From NCBI GenBank assembly GCA_964016885.1, contig OZ024758.1, forward strand, positions 38,936,001-39,000,000: DNA of 64,000 nucleotides, in the 5' to 3' direction. The notes beneath the pieces were generated by a model. The model saw only the letters and a program-made list of their open reading frames with translations. It made no database searches and had not been told where the DNA came from. A program made the position numbers and the translations under genes. This DNA comes from Eledone cirrhosa (lineage: Eukaryota). Shown piece after piece: positions 52,201 to 64,000 of this stretch (position 1 is the first letter of the stretch; each line of letters opens with the position of its first letter).

Positions 52201-55200
52201 AACTCCACTGTTGGTGAGAGTTCATTTAAGTCATGGTATTAGCTGTCAGAAGTAACTCCAATGTTGGTGAGAATTCATTTAAGTTCATGGTATTAGCTGT
52301 CAGAAGTAACGCCACAGTTGGTGAGAATTCATTTAAGTTCATGGTATTAGCTGTCAGAAGTAACTCCACTGTTGGTGAGAGTTCATTTAAGTTCATGGTA
52401 CTAGCTGTCAGAAGTAACTCCACTGTTGGTGAGAATTCATTTAAGTTCATGGTATTAGTTTGTCAGAAGTAACTCCACTGTTGGTGAGAATTCATTTAAG
52501 TCATGGTATTAGTTGTCAGATGTAACTCCAATGTTGGTGAGAATTCATTTAAGTTCATGGTATTAGCTGTCAGAAGGAACTCCACTGTTGGTGAGAATTC
52601 ATTTAAGTTCATGGTATTAGCTGTCAGAAGGAACTCCAATGTTGGTGAGAATTCATTTAAGTCATGGTACTAGCTGTCAGAAGTAACTCCACTGTTGGTG
52701 AGAATTCATTTAAGTTCATGGTATTAGCTGTCAGAAGTAACTCCACTGTTGGTGACAATTCATTTAAGTTCATGGTACTAGCTGTCAGAAGTAACTCCAC
52801 TGTTGGTGAGAATTCATTTAAGTTCATGGTATTAGCTGTCAGAAGTCACTCCAATGTTGGTGAGAATTCATTTAAGTTCATGGTATTAGCTGTCAGAAGT
52901 CACTCCACTGTTGGTGAGAATTCATTTAAGTTCATGGTACTAGCTGTCAGAAGTAACCCTAATGTTGGTGAGAATTCATTTAAGTTCATGGTATTAGCTG
53001 TCAGAAGTCACTCCAATGTTGGTGAGAATTCATTTAAGTTCATGGTATTAGCTGTCAGAAGTAACTCCACTGTTGGTGAGAATTCATTTAAGTTCATGGT
53101 ATTAGCTGTCAGAAGTAACTCCACTGTTGGTGAGAATTCATTTAAGTTCATGGTATTAGCTGTCAGAAGGAACTCCACTGTTGGTGAGAATTCATTTAAG
53201 TTCATGGTACTAGCTGTCAGAAATAACTCCACTGTTGGTGAGAATTCATTTAAGTTCATGGTATTAGTTTGTCAGAACTAACTCCACTGTTGGTGAGAAT
53301 TCATTTAAGTCATGGTATTAGTTGTCAGAAGTAACTCCAATGTTGGTGAGAATTCATTTAAGCCATGCTACTAGCTGTCAGAAGTAACTCCAATGTTGGT
53401 GAGAATTCATTTAAGTTCATGGTATTAGCTGTCAGAACGAACTCCACTGTTGGTGAAAATTCATTTAAGTTCATGGTATTAGCTGTCAGAAGTAACTCCA
53501 CTGTTGGTGAGAATTCATTTAAGTTCATGGTACTAGCTGTCAGAAGTAACTCCAATGTTGGTGAGAATTCATTTAAGTTCATGGTATTAGCTGTCAGAAG
53601 TAACTCCACTGTTGGTGAGAGTTCATTTAAGTCATGGTATTAGCTGTCAGAAGTAACTCCAATGTTGGTGAGAATTCATTTAAGTTCATGGTATTAGCTC
53701 TCAGAAGTAACTCCACTGTTGGTGAGAATTCATTTAAGTTCATGGTATTAGCTGTCAGAAGTAACTCCACTGTTGGTGAGAATTCATTTAAGTTCATGGT
53801 ACTAGCTGTCAGAAGTAACTCCACTGTTGGTGAGAATTCATTTAAGTTCATGGTATTAGTTTGTCAGAAGTAACTCCACTGTTGGTGAGAATTCATTTAA
53901 GTCATGGTATTAGTTGTCAGAAGTAACTCCAATGTTGGTGAGAATTCATTTAAGTCATGGTACTAGCTGTCAGAAGTAACTCCACTGTTGGTGAGAATTC
54001 ATTTAAGTTCATGGTATTAGCTGTCAGAAGGAACTCCACTGTTGGTGAGAATTCATTTAAGTTCATGGTACTAGCTGTCAGAAGTAACTCCACTGTTGGT
54101 GAGAATTCATTTAAGTTCATGGTATTAGTTTGTCAGAAGTAACTCCACTGTTGGTGAGAATTCATTTAAGTCATGGTATTAGTTGTCAGAAGTAACTCCA
54201 ATGTTGGTGAGAATTCATTTAAGCCATGGTACTAGCTGTCAGAAGTAACTCCACTGTTGGTGAGAATTCATTTAAGTTCATGGTATTAGCTGACAGAAGG
54301 AACGCCACTGTTGGTGAGAATTCATTTAAGTTCATGGTATTAGCTGTCAGAAGTAACTCCACTGTTGGTGAGAATTCATTTAAGTTCATGGTACTAGCTG
54401 TCAGAAGTAACTCCACTGTTGGTGAGAATTCATTTAAGTTCATGGTATTAGTTTGTCAGAAGTAACTCCACTGATGGTGAGAATTCATTTAAGTCATGGT
54501 ATTAGTTGTCAGAAGTAACTCCAATGTTGGTGAGAATTCATTTAAGTTCATGGTACTAGCTGTCAGAAGTAACTCCACTGTTGGTGAGAATTCATTTAAG
54601 TCATGGTATTAGCTGTCAGAAGTAACTCCAATGTTGGTGAGAATTCATTTAAGTTCATGGTATTAGCTGTCAGAAGTAACTCCGCTGTTGGTGAGAATTC
54701 ATTTAAGTTCAAGGTATTAGCTGTCAGAAGTAACTCCACTGTTGGTGAGAATTCATTTAGGTTCATGGTATTAGCTGTCAGAAGTAACTCCACTGTTGGT
54801 GAGAATTCATTTAAGTTCATGGTATTAGCTGTCAGAAGGAACTCCAATGTTGGTGAGAATTCATTTAAGTCATGGTACTAGCTGTCAGAAGTAACTCCAC
54901 TGTTGGTGAGAATTCATTTAAGTTCATGGTATTAGCTGTCAGAAGGAACGCCACTGTTGGTGAGAATTCATTTAAGTTCATGGTATTAGCTGTCAGAAGG
55001 AACTCCACTGTTGCTGAGAATTCATTTAAGTTCATGGTATTAGCTGTCAGAAGGAACTCCACTGTTGGTGAGAATTCATTTAAGTTCATGGTACTAGTTG
55101 TCAGAAGTAACTCCACTGTTGGTGAGAATTCATTTATGTCATGGTATTAGCTGTCAGAAGTAACTCCACTGTTGGTGAGAATTCATTTATGTTCATGGTA

Positions 55201-55850
55201 TTAGTTTGTCAGAAGTAACTCCACTGTTGGTGAGAATTCATTTAAGTTCATGGTACTAGCTGTCAGAAGTAACTCCACTGTTGGTGAGAATTCATTTAAG
55301 TTCATGGTATTAGCTGTCAGAAGTCACTCCAATGTTGGTGAGAATTCATTTAGGTTCATGGTATTAGCTGTCAGAAGTCACTCCACTGTTGGTGAGAATT
55401 CATTTAAGTTCATGGTACTAGCTGTCCGAAGTAACCCCAATGTTCGTGAGAATTCATTTAAGTTCATGGTATTAGCTGTCAGAAGTCACTCCAATGTTGG
55501 TGAGAATTCATTTAAGTTCATGGTATTAGCTGTCAGAAGTAACTCCACTGTTGGTGAGAATTCATTTAAGTTCATGGTATTAGCTGTCAGAAGTAACTCC
55601 AATGTTGGTGAGAATTTATTTAAGTTCATGGTATTAGCTGTCAGAAGTCACTCCACTGTTGGTGAGAATTCATTTAAGTTCATGGTACTAGCTGTCAGAA
55701 GTAACCCCAATGTTGGTGAGAATTCATTTAAGTTCATGGTATTAGCTGTCAGAAGTCACTCCAATGTTGGTGAGAATTCATTTAAGTTCATGGTATTAGC
55801 TGTCAGAAGTAACTCCACTGTTGGTGAGAATTCATTTAAGTTCATGGTAT
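45630..55850. repeat. Compound block duplication with offsets 4796, 2262 and 6089 bp
   Basis: AGAACTAAC lies at 46220/51016/53278 (offsets 4796 and 2262). TCCGCTG lies at 48595/54684, and blocks 48137/54226, 48783/54872 and 49161/55250 share the 6089 offset. Confidence 0.88.
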
Positions 55851-58019
55851 TAGCTGTCAGAAGTCACTCCAATGTTGGTGAGAATTCATTTAAGTTCATG
55901 GTATTAGCTGTCAGAAGTCACTCCACTGTTGGTGAGAATTCATTTAAGTCATGGTATTAGTTGTCAGAAGTAACTCCAATGTTGGTGAGAATTCATTTAA
56001 GTTCATGGTACTAGCTGTCAGAAGTAAATCCACTGTTGGTGAGAATTCATTTAAGTTCATGGTATTAGCTGTCAGAAGTAACTCCACTGTTGGTGAGAAT
56101 TCATTTAAGTCATGGTATTAGCTGTCAGAAGTAACTCCAATGTTGGTGAGAATTCATTTAAGTCATGGTACTAGCTGTCAGAAGTAACTCCAATGTTGGT
56201 GAGAATTCATTTAAGTTCATGGTATTAGCTGTCAGAAGTAACTCCACTGTTGGTGAGAATTCGTTTAAGTTCATGGTATTAGCTGTCAGAAGTAACTCCA
56301 CTGTTGGTGAGAATTCATTTAAGTTCATGGTATTAGCTGTCAGAAGTAACTCCACTGTTGGTGAGAATTCATTTAAGTTCATGGTATTAGCTGTCAGAAG
56401 TAACTCCACTGTTGGTGAGAATTCATTTAAGTTCATGGTATTAGCTGTCAGAAGGAACTCCAATGTTGGTGAGAATTCATTTAAGTCATGGTACTAGCTG
56501 TCAGAAGTAACTCCACTGTTGGTGAGAATTCATTTAAGTTCATGGTATTAGCTGTCAGAAGGAACGCCACTGTTGGTGAGAATTCATTTAAGTTCATGGT
56601 ATTAGCTGTCAGAAGTAACTCCACTGTTGGTGAGAATTCATTTAAGTTCATGGTACTAGCTGTCAGAAGTAACTCCAATGTTGGTGAGAATTCATTTAAG
56701 TTCATGGTATTAGCTGTCAGAAGGAACTCCACTGTTGCTGAGAATTCATTTAAGTTCATGGTATTAGCTGTCAGAAGTAACTCCACTGTTGGTGAGAATT
56801 CATTTAAGTTCATGGTACTAGCTGTCAGAAGTAACTCCACTGTTGGTGAGAATTCATTTAAGTTCATGGTATTAGCTGTCAGAAGTCACTCCAATGTTGG
56901 TGAGAATTCATTTAGGTTCATGGTATTAGCTGTCAGAAGTCACTCCACTGTTGGTGAGAATTCATTTAAGTTCATGGTACTAGCTGGCAGAAGTAACCCC
57001 AATGTTGGTGAGAATTCATTTAAGTTCATGGTATTAGCTGTCAGAAGTCACTCCAATGTTGGTGAGAATTCATTTAAGTTCATGGTATTAGCTGTCAGAA
57101 GTAACTCCACTGTTGGTGAGAATTCATTTATGTTCATGGTATTAGTTTGTCAGAAGTAACTCCACTGTTGGTGAGAATTCATTTAAGTCATGGTATTAGT
57201 TGTCAGAAGTAACTCCAATGTTGGTGAGAATTCATTTAAGTTCATGGTATTAGCTGTCAGAAGGAACTCCACTGTTGGTGAGAATTCATTTAAGTTCATG
57301 GTATTAGCTGTCAGAAGGAACTCCAATGTTGGTGAGAATTCATTTAAGTCATGGTACTAGCTGTCAGAAGTAACTCCACTGTTGGTGAGAATTCATTTAA
57401 GTTCATGGTATTAGCTGTCAGAAGGAACGCCACTGTTGGTGAGAATTCATTTAAGTTCATGGTATTAGCTGTCAGAAGTAACTCCACTGTTGGTGAGAAT
57501 TCATTTAAGTTCATGCTACTAGCTGTCAGAAGTAACTCCTATGTTGGTGAGAATTCATTTAAGTTCATGGTATTAGCTGTCAGAAGGAACTCCACTGTTG
57601 CTGAGAATTAATTTAAGTTCATGGTATTAGCTGTCAGAAGTAACTCCACTGTTGGTGAGAATTCATTTAAGTTCATGGTGCTAGCTGTCAGAAGTAACTC
57701 CACTGTTGGTGAGAATTCATTTAAGTTCATGGTATTAGCTGACAGAAGTCACTCCACTGTTGGTGAGAATTCATTTAAGTTCATGGTACTAGCTGTCAGA
57801 AGTAACTCCAATGTTGGTGAGAATTCATTTAAATTCATGGTATTAGCTGTCAGAAGTAACTCCACTGTTGGTGAGAATTCATTTAAGTTCATGGTATTAG
57901 CTGTCAGAAGTAACTCCACTGTTGGTGAGAATTCATTTAAGTTCATGGTATTAGCTGTCAGAAGTAACTCCACTGTTGGTGAGAATTCATTTAAGTTCAT
58001 GGTACTATCTGTCAGAAGT

Positions 58020-61000
58020 AACTCCAATGTTGGTGAGAATTCATTTAAGTTCATGGTATTAGCTGTCAGAAGTAACTCCACTGTTGGTGAGAATTCACTT
58101 AAGTCATGGTATTAGCTGTCAGAAGTAACTCCACTGTTGGTGAGAATTCATTTAAGTTCATGGTATTAGCTGTCAGAAGTAACTCCACTGTTGGTGAGAA
58201 TTCATTTAAGTCATGGTATTAGCTGTCAGAAGTAACTCCACTGTTGGTGAGAATTCATTTAAGTTCATGGTATTAGCTGTCAGAAGTAACTCCACTGTTG
58301 GTGAGAATTCATTTAAGTTCATGGTATTAGCTGTCAGAAGTAACTCCACTGTTGGTGAGAATTCATTTAAGTTCATGGTATTAGTTTGTCAGAAGTAACT
58401 CCACTGTTGGTGAGAATTCATTTAAGTCATGGTATTAGTTGTCAGAAGTAACTCCAATGATGGTGAGAATTCATTTAAGTTCATGGTACTAGCTGTCAGA
58501 AGTAACTCCACTGTTGGTGAGAATTCATTTAAGTTCATGGTATTAGCTGTCAGAAGTAACTCCACTGTTGGTGAGAATTCATTTAAGTCATGGTACTGGC
58601 TGTCAGAAGTAACTCCAATGTTGGTGAGAATTCATTTAAGTTCATGGTATTAGCTGTCAGAAGTAACTCCACTGTTGGTGAGAATTCATTTAAGTTCATG
58701 GTATTAGCTGACAGAAGTCACTCCACTGTTGGTGAGAATTCATTTAAGTTCATGGTACTAGCTGTCAGAAGTAACTCCAATGTTGGTGAGAATTCATTTA
58801 AATTCATGGTATTAGCTGTCAGAAGTAACTCCACTGTTGGTGAGAATTCATTTAAGTTCATGGTATTAGCTGTCAGAAGTAACTCCACTGTTGGTGAGAA
58901 TTCATTTAAGTCATGGTATTAGCTGTCAGAAGTAACTCCACTGTTGGTGAGAATTCATTTAAGTTCATGGTATTAGCTGTCAGAAGTAACTCCACTGTTG
59001 GTGAGAATTCATTTAAGTTCATGGTATTAGTTTGTCAGAAGTAACTCCACTGTTGGTGAGAATTCATTTAAGTCATGGTATTAGTTGTCAGAAGTAACTC
59101 CAATGTTGGTGAGAATTCATTTAAGTTCATGGTACTAGCTGTCAGAAGTAACTCCACTGTTGGTGAGAATTCATTTAAGTTCATGGTAATAGCTGTCAGA
59201 AGTAACTCCACTGTTGGTGAGAATTCATTTAAGTCATGGTATTAGCTGTCAGAAGTAACTCCAATGTTGGTGAGAATTCATTTAAGTCATGGTACTAGCT
59301 GTCAGAAGTAACTCCAATGTTGGTGAGAATTCATTTAAGTTCATGGTATTAGCTGTCAGAAGTAACTCCACTGTTGGTGAGAATTCATTTAAGTTCATGG
59401 TATTAGCTGTCAGAAGTAACTCCACTGTTGGTGAGAATTCATTTAAGTCATGGTATTAGCTGTCAGAAGTAACTCCAATGTTGGTGAGAATTCATTTAAG
59501 TTCATGGTATTAGCTGTCAGAAGTCACTCCACTGTTGGTGAGAATTCATTTAAGTTCATGGTACTAGCTGTCAGAAGTAACCCCAATGTTGGTGAGAATT
59601 CATTTAAGTTCATGGTATTAGCTGTCAGAAGTCACTCCAATGTTGGTGAGAATTCATTTAAGTTCATGGTATTAGCTGTCAGAAGTAACTCCACTGTTGG
59701 TAAGAATTCATTTAAGTTCATGGTATTAGCTGTCAGAAGTAACTCCACTGTTGGTGAGAATTCATTTAAGTTCATGGTGTTAGCTGTCAGAAGGAACGCC
59801 ACTGTTGGTGAGAATTCATTTAAGTTCATGGTATTAGCTGTCAGAAGTAACTCCACTGTTGGTGAGAATTCATTTAAGTTCATGCTACTAGCTGTCAGAA
59901 GTAACTCCTATGTTGGTGAGAATTCATTTAAGTTCATGGTATTAGCTGTCAGAAGGAACTCCACTGTTGCTGAGAATTCATTTAAGTTCATGGTATTAGC
60001 TGTCAGAAGTAACTCCACTGTTGGTGAGAATTCATTTAAGTTCATGGTGCTAGCTGTCAGAAGTAACTCCACTGTTGGTGAGAATTCATTTAAGTTCATG
60101 GTATTAGCTGTCAGAAGTAACTCCACTGTTGGTGAGAATTCATTTAAGTTTATGGTATTAGCTGACAGAAGTCACTCCACTGTTGGTGAGAATTCATTTA
60201 AGTTCATGGTACTAGCTGTCAGAAGTAACTCCAATGTTGGTGAGAATTCATTTAAATTCATGGTATTAGCTGTCAGAAGTAACTCCACTGTTGGTGAGAA
60301 TTCATTTAAGTTCATGGTATTAGCTGTCAGAAGTAACTCCACTGTTGGTGAGAATTCATTTAAGTTCATGGTATTAGCTGTCAGAAGTAACTCCACTGTT
60401 GGTGAGAATTCATTTAAGTTCATGGTACTAGCTGTCAGAAGTAACTCCAATGTTGGTGAGAATTCATTTAAGTTCATGGTATTAGCTGTCAGAAGTAACT
60501 CCACTGTTGGTGAGTATTCATTTAAGTCATGGTATTAGCTGTCAGAAGTAACTCCACTGTTGGTGAGAATTCATTTAAGTTCATGGTATTAGCTGTCAGA
60601 AGTAACTCCACTGTTGGTGAGAATTCATTTAAGTCATGGTATTAGCTGTCAGAAGTAACTCCACTGTTGGTGAGAACTCATTTAAGTTCATGGTATTAGC
60701 TGTCAGAAGTAACTCCACTGTTGGTGAGAATTCATTTAAGTTCATGGTATTAGCTGTCAGAAGTAACTCCACTGTTGGTGAGAATTCATTTAAGTTCATG
60801 GTATTAGTTTGTCAGAAGTAACTCCACTGTTGGTGAGAATTCATTTAAGTCATGGTATTAGTTGTCAGAAGTAACTCCAATGTTGGTGAGAATTCATTTA
60901 AGTTCATGGTACTAGCTGTCAGAAGTAACTCCACTGTTGGTGAGAATTCATTTAAGTTCATGGTATTAGCTGTCAGAAGTAACTCCACTGTTGGTGAGAA

Positions 61001-64000
61001 TTCATTTAAGTCATGGTATTAGCTGTCAGAAGTAACTCCAATGTTGGTGAGAATTCATTTAAGTTCATGGTATTAGCTGTCAGAAGTCACTCCACTGTTG
61101 GTGAGAATACATTTAAGTTCATGGTACTAGCTGTCAGAAGTAACCCCAATGTTGGTGAGAATTCATTTAAGTTCATGGTATTAGCTGTCAGAAGTCACTC
61201 CAATGTTGGTGAGAATTCATTTAAGTTCATGGTATTAGCTGTCAGAAGTAACTCCACTGTTGGTAAGAATTCATTTAAGTTCATGGTATTAGCTGTCAGA
61301 AGTAACTCCACTGTTGGTGAGAATTCATTTAAGTTCATGGTATTAGCTGTCAGAAGGAACGCCACTGTTGGTGAGAATTCATTTAAGTTCATGGTATTAG
61401 CTGTCAGAAGTAACTCCACTGTTGGTGAGAATTCATTTAAGTTCATGGTACTAGCTGTCAGAAGTAACTCCAATGTTGGTGAGAATTCATTTAAGTTCAT
61501 GGTATTAGCTGTCAGAAGGAACTCCACTGTTGCTGAGAATTCATTTAAGTTCATGGTATTAGCTGTCAGAAGTAACTCCACTGTTGGTGAGAATTCATTT
61601 AAGTTCATGGTACTAGCTGTCAGAAGTAACTCCACTGTTGGTGAGAATTCATTTAAGTTCATGGTACTAGCTGTCAGAAGTAACTCCACTGTTGGTGAGA
61701 ATTCATTTAAGTTCATGGTATTAGCTGTCAGAAGTAACTCCACTGTTGGTGAGAATTCATTTAAGTTCATGGTATTAGCTGTCAGAAGTAACTCCACTGT
61801 TGGTGAGAATTCATTTAAGTTCATGGTATTAGTTTGTCAGAAGTAACTCCACTGTTGGTGAGAATTCATTTAAGTCATGGTATTAGTTGTCAGAAGTAAC
61901 TCCAATGTTGGTGAGAATTCATTTAAGTTCATGGTACTAGCTGTCAGAAGTAACTCCAATGTTGGTGAGAATTCATTTAAGTTCATGGTATTAGCTGTCA
62001 GAAGTAACTCCACTGTTGGTGAGAATTCACTTAAGTCATGGTATTAGCTGTCAGAAGTAACTCCACTGTTGGTGAGAATTCATTTAAGTTCATGGTATTA
62101 GCTGTCAGAAGTAACTCCACTGTTGGTGAGAATTCATTTAAGTCATGGTATTAGCTGTCAGAAGTAACTCCACTGTTGGTGAGAATTCATTTAAGTTCAT
62201 GGTATTAGCTGTCAGAAGTAACTCCACTGTTGGTGAGAATTCATTTAAGTTCATGGTATTAGCTGTCAGAAGTAACTCCACTGTTGGTGAGAATTCATTT
62301 AAGTTCATGGTATTAGTTTGTCAGAAGTAACTCCACTGTTGGTGAGAATTCATTTAAGTCATGGTATTAGTTGTCAGAAGTAACTCCAATGATGGTGAGA
62401 ATTCATTTAAGTTCATGGTACTAGCTGTCAGAAGTAACTCCACTGTTGGTGAGAATTCATTTAAGTTCATGGTATTAGCTGTCAGAAGTAACTCCACTGT
62501 TGGTGAGAATTCATTTAAGTCATGGTACTGGCTGTCAGAAGTAACTCCAATGTTGGTGAGAATTCATTTAAGTTCATGGTATTAGCTGTCAGAAGTAACT
62601 CCACTGTTGGTGAGAATTCATTTAAGTTCATGGTATTAGCTGACAGAAGTCACTCCACTGTTGGTGAGAATTCATTTAAGTTCATGGTACTAGCTGTCAG
62701 AAGTAACTCCAATGTTGGTGAGAATTCATTTAAATTCATGGTATTAGCTGTCAGAAGTAACTCCACTGTTGGTGAGAATTCATTTAAGTTCATGGTATTA
62801 GCTGTCAGAAGTAACTCCACTGTTGGTGAGAATTCATTTAAGTCATGGTATTAGCTGTCAGAAGTAACTCCACTGTTGGTGAGAATTCATTTAAGTTCAT
62901 GGTATTAGCTGTCAGAAGTAACTCCACTGTTGGTGAGAATTCATTTAAGTTCATGGTATTAGTTTGTCAGAAGTAACTCCACTGTTGGTGAGAATTCATT
63001 TAAGTCATGGTATTAGTTGTCAGAAGTAACTCCAATGTTGGTGAGAATTCATTTAAGTTCATGGTACTAGCTGTCAGAAGTAACTCCACTGTTGGTGAGA
63101 ATTCATTTAAGTTCATGGTAATATCTGTCAGAAGTAACTCCACTGTTGGTGAGAATTCATTTAAGTCATGGTATTAGCTGTCAGAAGTAACTCCAATGTT
63201 GGTGAGAATTCATTTAAGTCATGGTACTAGCTGTCAGAAGTAACTCCAATGTTGGTGAGAATTCATTTAAGTTCATGGTATTAGCTGTCAGAAGTAACTC
63301 CACTGTTGGTGAGAATTCATTTAAGTTCATGGTATTAGCTGTCAGAAGTAACTCCACTGTTGGTGAGAATTCATTTAAGTCATGGTATTAGCTGTCAGAA
63401 GTAACTCCAATGTTGGTGAGAATTCATTTAAGTTCATGGTATTAGCTGTCAGAAGTCACTCCACTGTTGGTGAGAATTCATTTAAGTTCATGGTACTAGC
63501 TGTCAGAAGTAACCCCAATGTTGGTGAGAATTCATTTAAGTTCATGGTATTAGCTGTCAGAAGTCACTCCAATGTTGGTGAGAATTCATTTAAGTTCATG
63601 GTATTAGCTGTCAGAAGTAACTCCACTGTTGGTAAGAATTCATTTAAGTTCATGGTATTAGCTGTCAGAAGTAACTCCACTGTTGGTGAGAATTCATTTA
63701 AGTTCATGGTGTTAGCTGTCAGAAGGAACGCCACTGTTGGTGAGAATTCATTTAAGTTCATGGTATTAGCTGTCAGAAGTAACTCCACTGTTGGTGAGAA
63801 TTCATTTAAGTTCATGCTACTAGCTGTCAGAAGTAACTCCTATGTTGGTGAGAATTCATTTCAGTTCATGGTATTAGCTGTCAGAAGGAACTCCACTGTT
63901 GCTGAGAATTCATTTAAGTTCATGGTATTAGCTGTCAGAAGTAACTCCACTGTTGGTGAGAATTCATTTAAGTTCATGGTGCTAGCTGTCAGAAGTAACT
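58020..64000. repeat. Tandem block duplication, 3932 bp (73 monomers); second copy truncated by the window end
   Basis: TTCACTTAAG lies at 58098/62030 and GGTAAGAAT at 59702/63634. Blocks 58213/62145, 58429/62361 and 58590/62522 share the offset. Confidence 0.92.

Larger units (their letters stand above)
1..64000. repeat. 54-bp tandem satellite DNA array, about 1,190 monomers in a single orientation, extending beyond both window ends
   Basis: Every line matches the consensus ATGGTATTAGCTGTCAGAAGTAACTCCACTGTTGGTGAGAATTCATTTAAGTTC (ATG at 9, 63, 117, 171...). Monomers typically differ at 0-3 positions. Common variants are TA[T/C]TAG, AG[T/G]AAC, CCA[C/A]TG, AAGTTC>AAGTC (-1) and AGCTG>AGTTTG (+1). 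Confidence 0.99.

Noticed and set aside
9-62854. + strand ORFs of (MVLAVRSNSTVGENSFKF)n, up to 385 aa (27837-28994, 40327-41469)
   Set aside because: 54 bp is 18 codons, so one stop-free frame repeats automatically. The frame is broken every few monomers by recurrent -1/+1 indels and by a nonsense variant at about 57610. Many common variants are non-synonymous, and there are no unique termini or recognisable domains.
217-63815. - strand ORFs of (MNLNEFSPTVELLLTANT)n, superficially leucine-rich-repeat-like
   Set aside because: They are the antisense shadow of the same satellite, are interrupted by the GTCAC variant (TGA) and by indels, and do not fit the LxxLxLxxN consensus or period.
1-64000. 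CRISPR array
   Set aside because: There are no unique spacers. The whole 54-bp unit is repeated, and there is no leader or cas gene.
1-64000. Programmed frameshifting, phase variation or an antigenic-variation cassette array suggested by overlapping ORFs ending in KSWY or VCQK
   Set aside because: The overlaps are just the AAGTC and AGTTTG indel variants inherited through block duplication. No expression locus, recombinase or unique sequence is present.
1-64000. CENP-B box, telomeric repeat, or tandem tRNA/5S/snRNA/spliced-leader gene cluster
   Set aside because: The CENP-B box needs TTCG...CGGG, which is absent. There are no TTAGGG-like runs. The unit is too short and shows no cloverleaf or other RNA-gene motif I recognise.
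1-64000. Synthetic concatemer or rolling-circle/sequencing artefact (one EcoRI site per unit)
   Set aside because: Variants are shared in hierarchical, ordered blocks with layered sub-domains, as expected from natural satellite evolution rather than ligation or random error. Individual duplications still need read validation.
1-64000. Biallelic sites read as a functional digital code along the array
   Set aside because: The patterns are adequately explained by descent through duplication, deletion and recombination. Nothing in the sequence indicates a reader or a function.

Overview
The whole 64 kb is one uninterrupted, head-to-tail, single-orientation tandem satellite with a 54-bp monomer: ATGGTATTAGCTGTCAGAAGTAACTCCACTGTTGGTGAGAATTCATTTAAGTTC (about 37% GC, no CpG, one EcoRI site). 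53-bp and rare 55-bp indel variants also occur, giving roughly 1,190 monomers at a mean period of about 53.8 bp. The array runs off both ends of the window. I see no genes, RNA genes, CRISPR spacers, transposon insertions, inversions or unique sequence. Every ORF in the track is a by-product of 54 bp equalling 18 codons with one stop-free frame per strand. The information lies in the order of the variant monomers. It shows a degenerate ancestral higher-order unit of about 35-37 monomers, nested recent multi-kb block duplications (offsets 1990, 2800, 5221+1505=6726, 3444/3498, 4955, 4796, 2262, 6089 and 3932 bp), layered sub-domains with their own diagnostic variants, and a crossover breakpoint that maps to about 14 bp. 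This fits a eukaryotic centromeric, pericentromeric or other heterochromatic satellite, but that is inference: I cannot name the family, the organism or the function from sequence. I find no evidence for a new protein-coding or defence system. Block boundaries are approximate, read by eye and from offsets in the ORF track.
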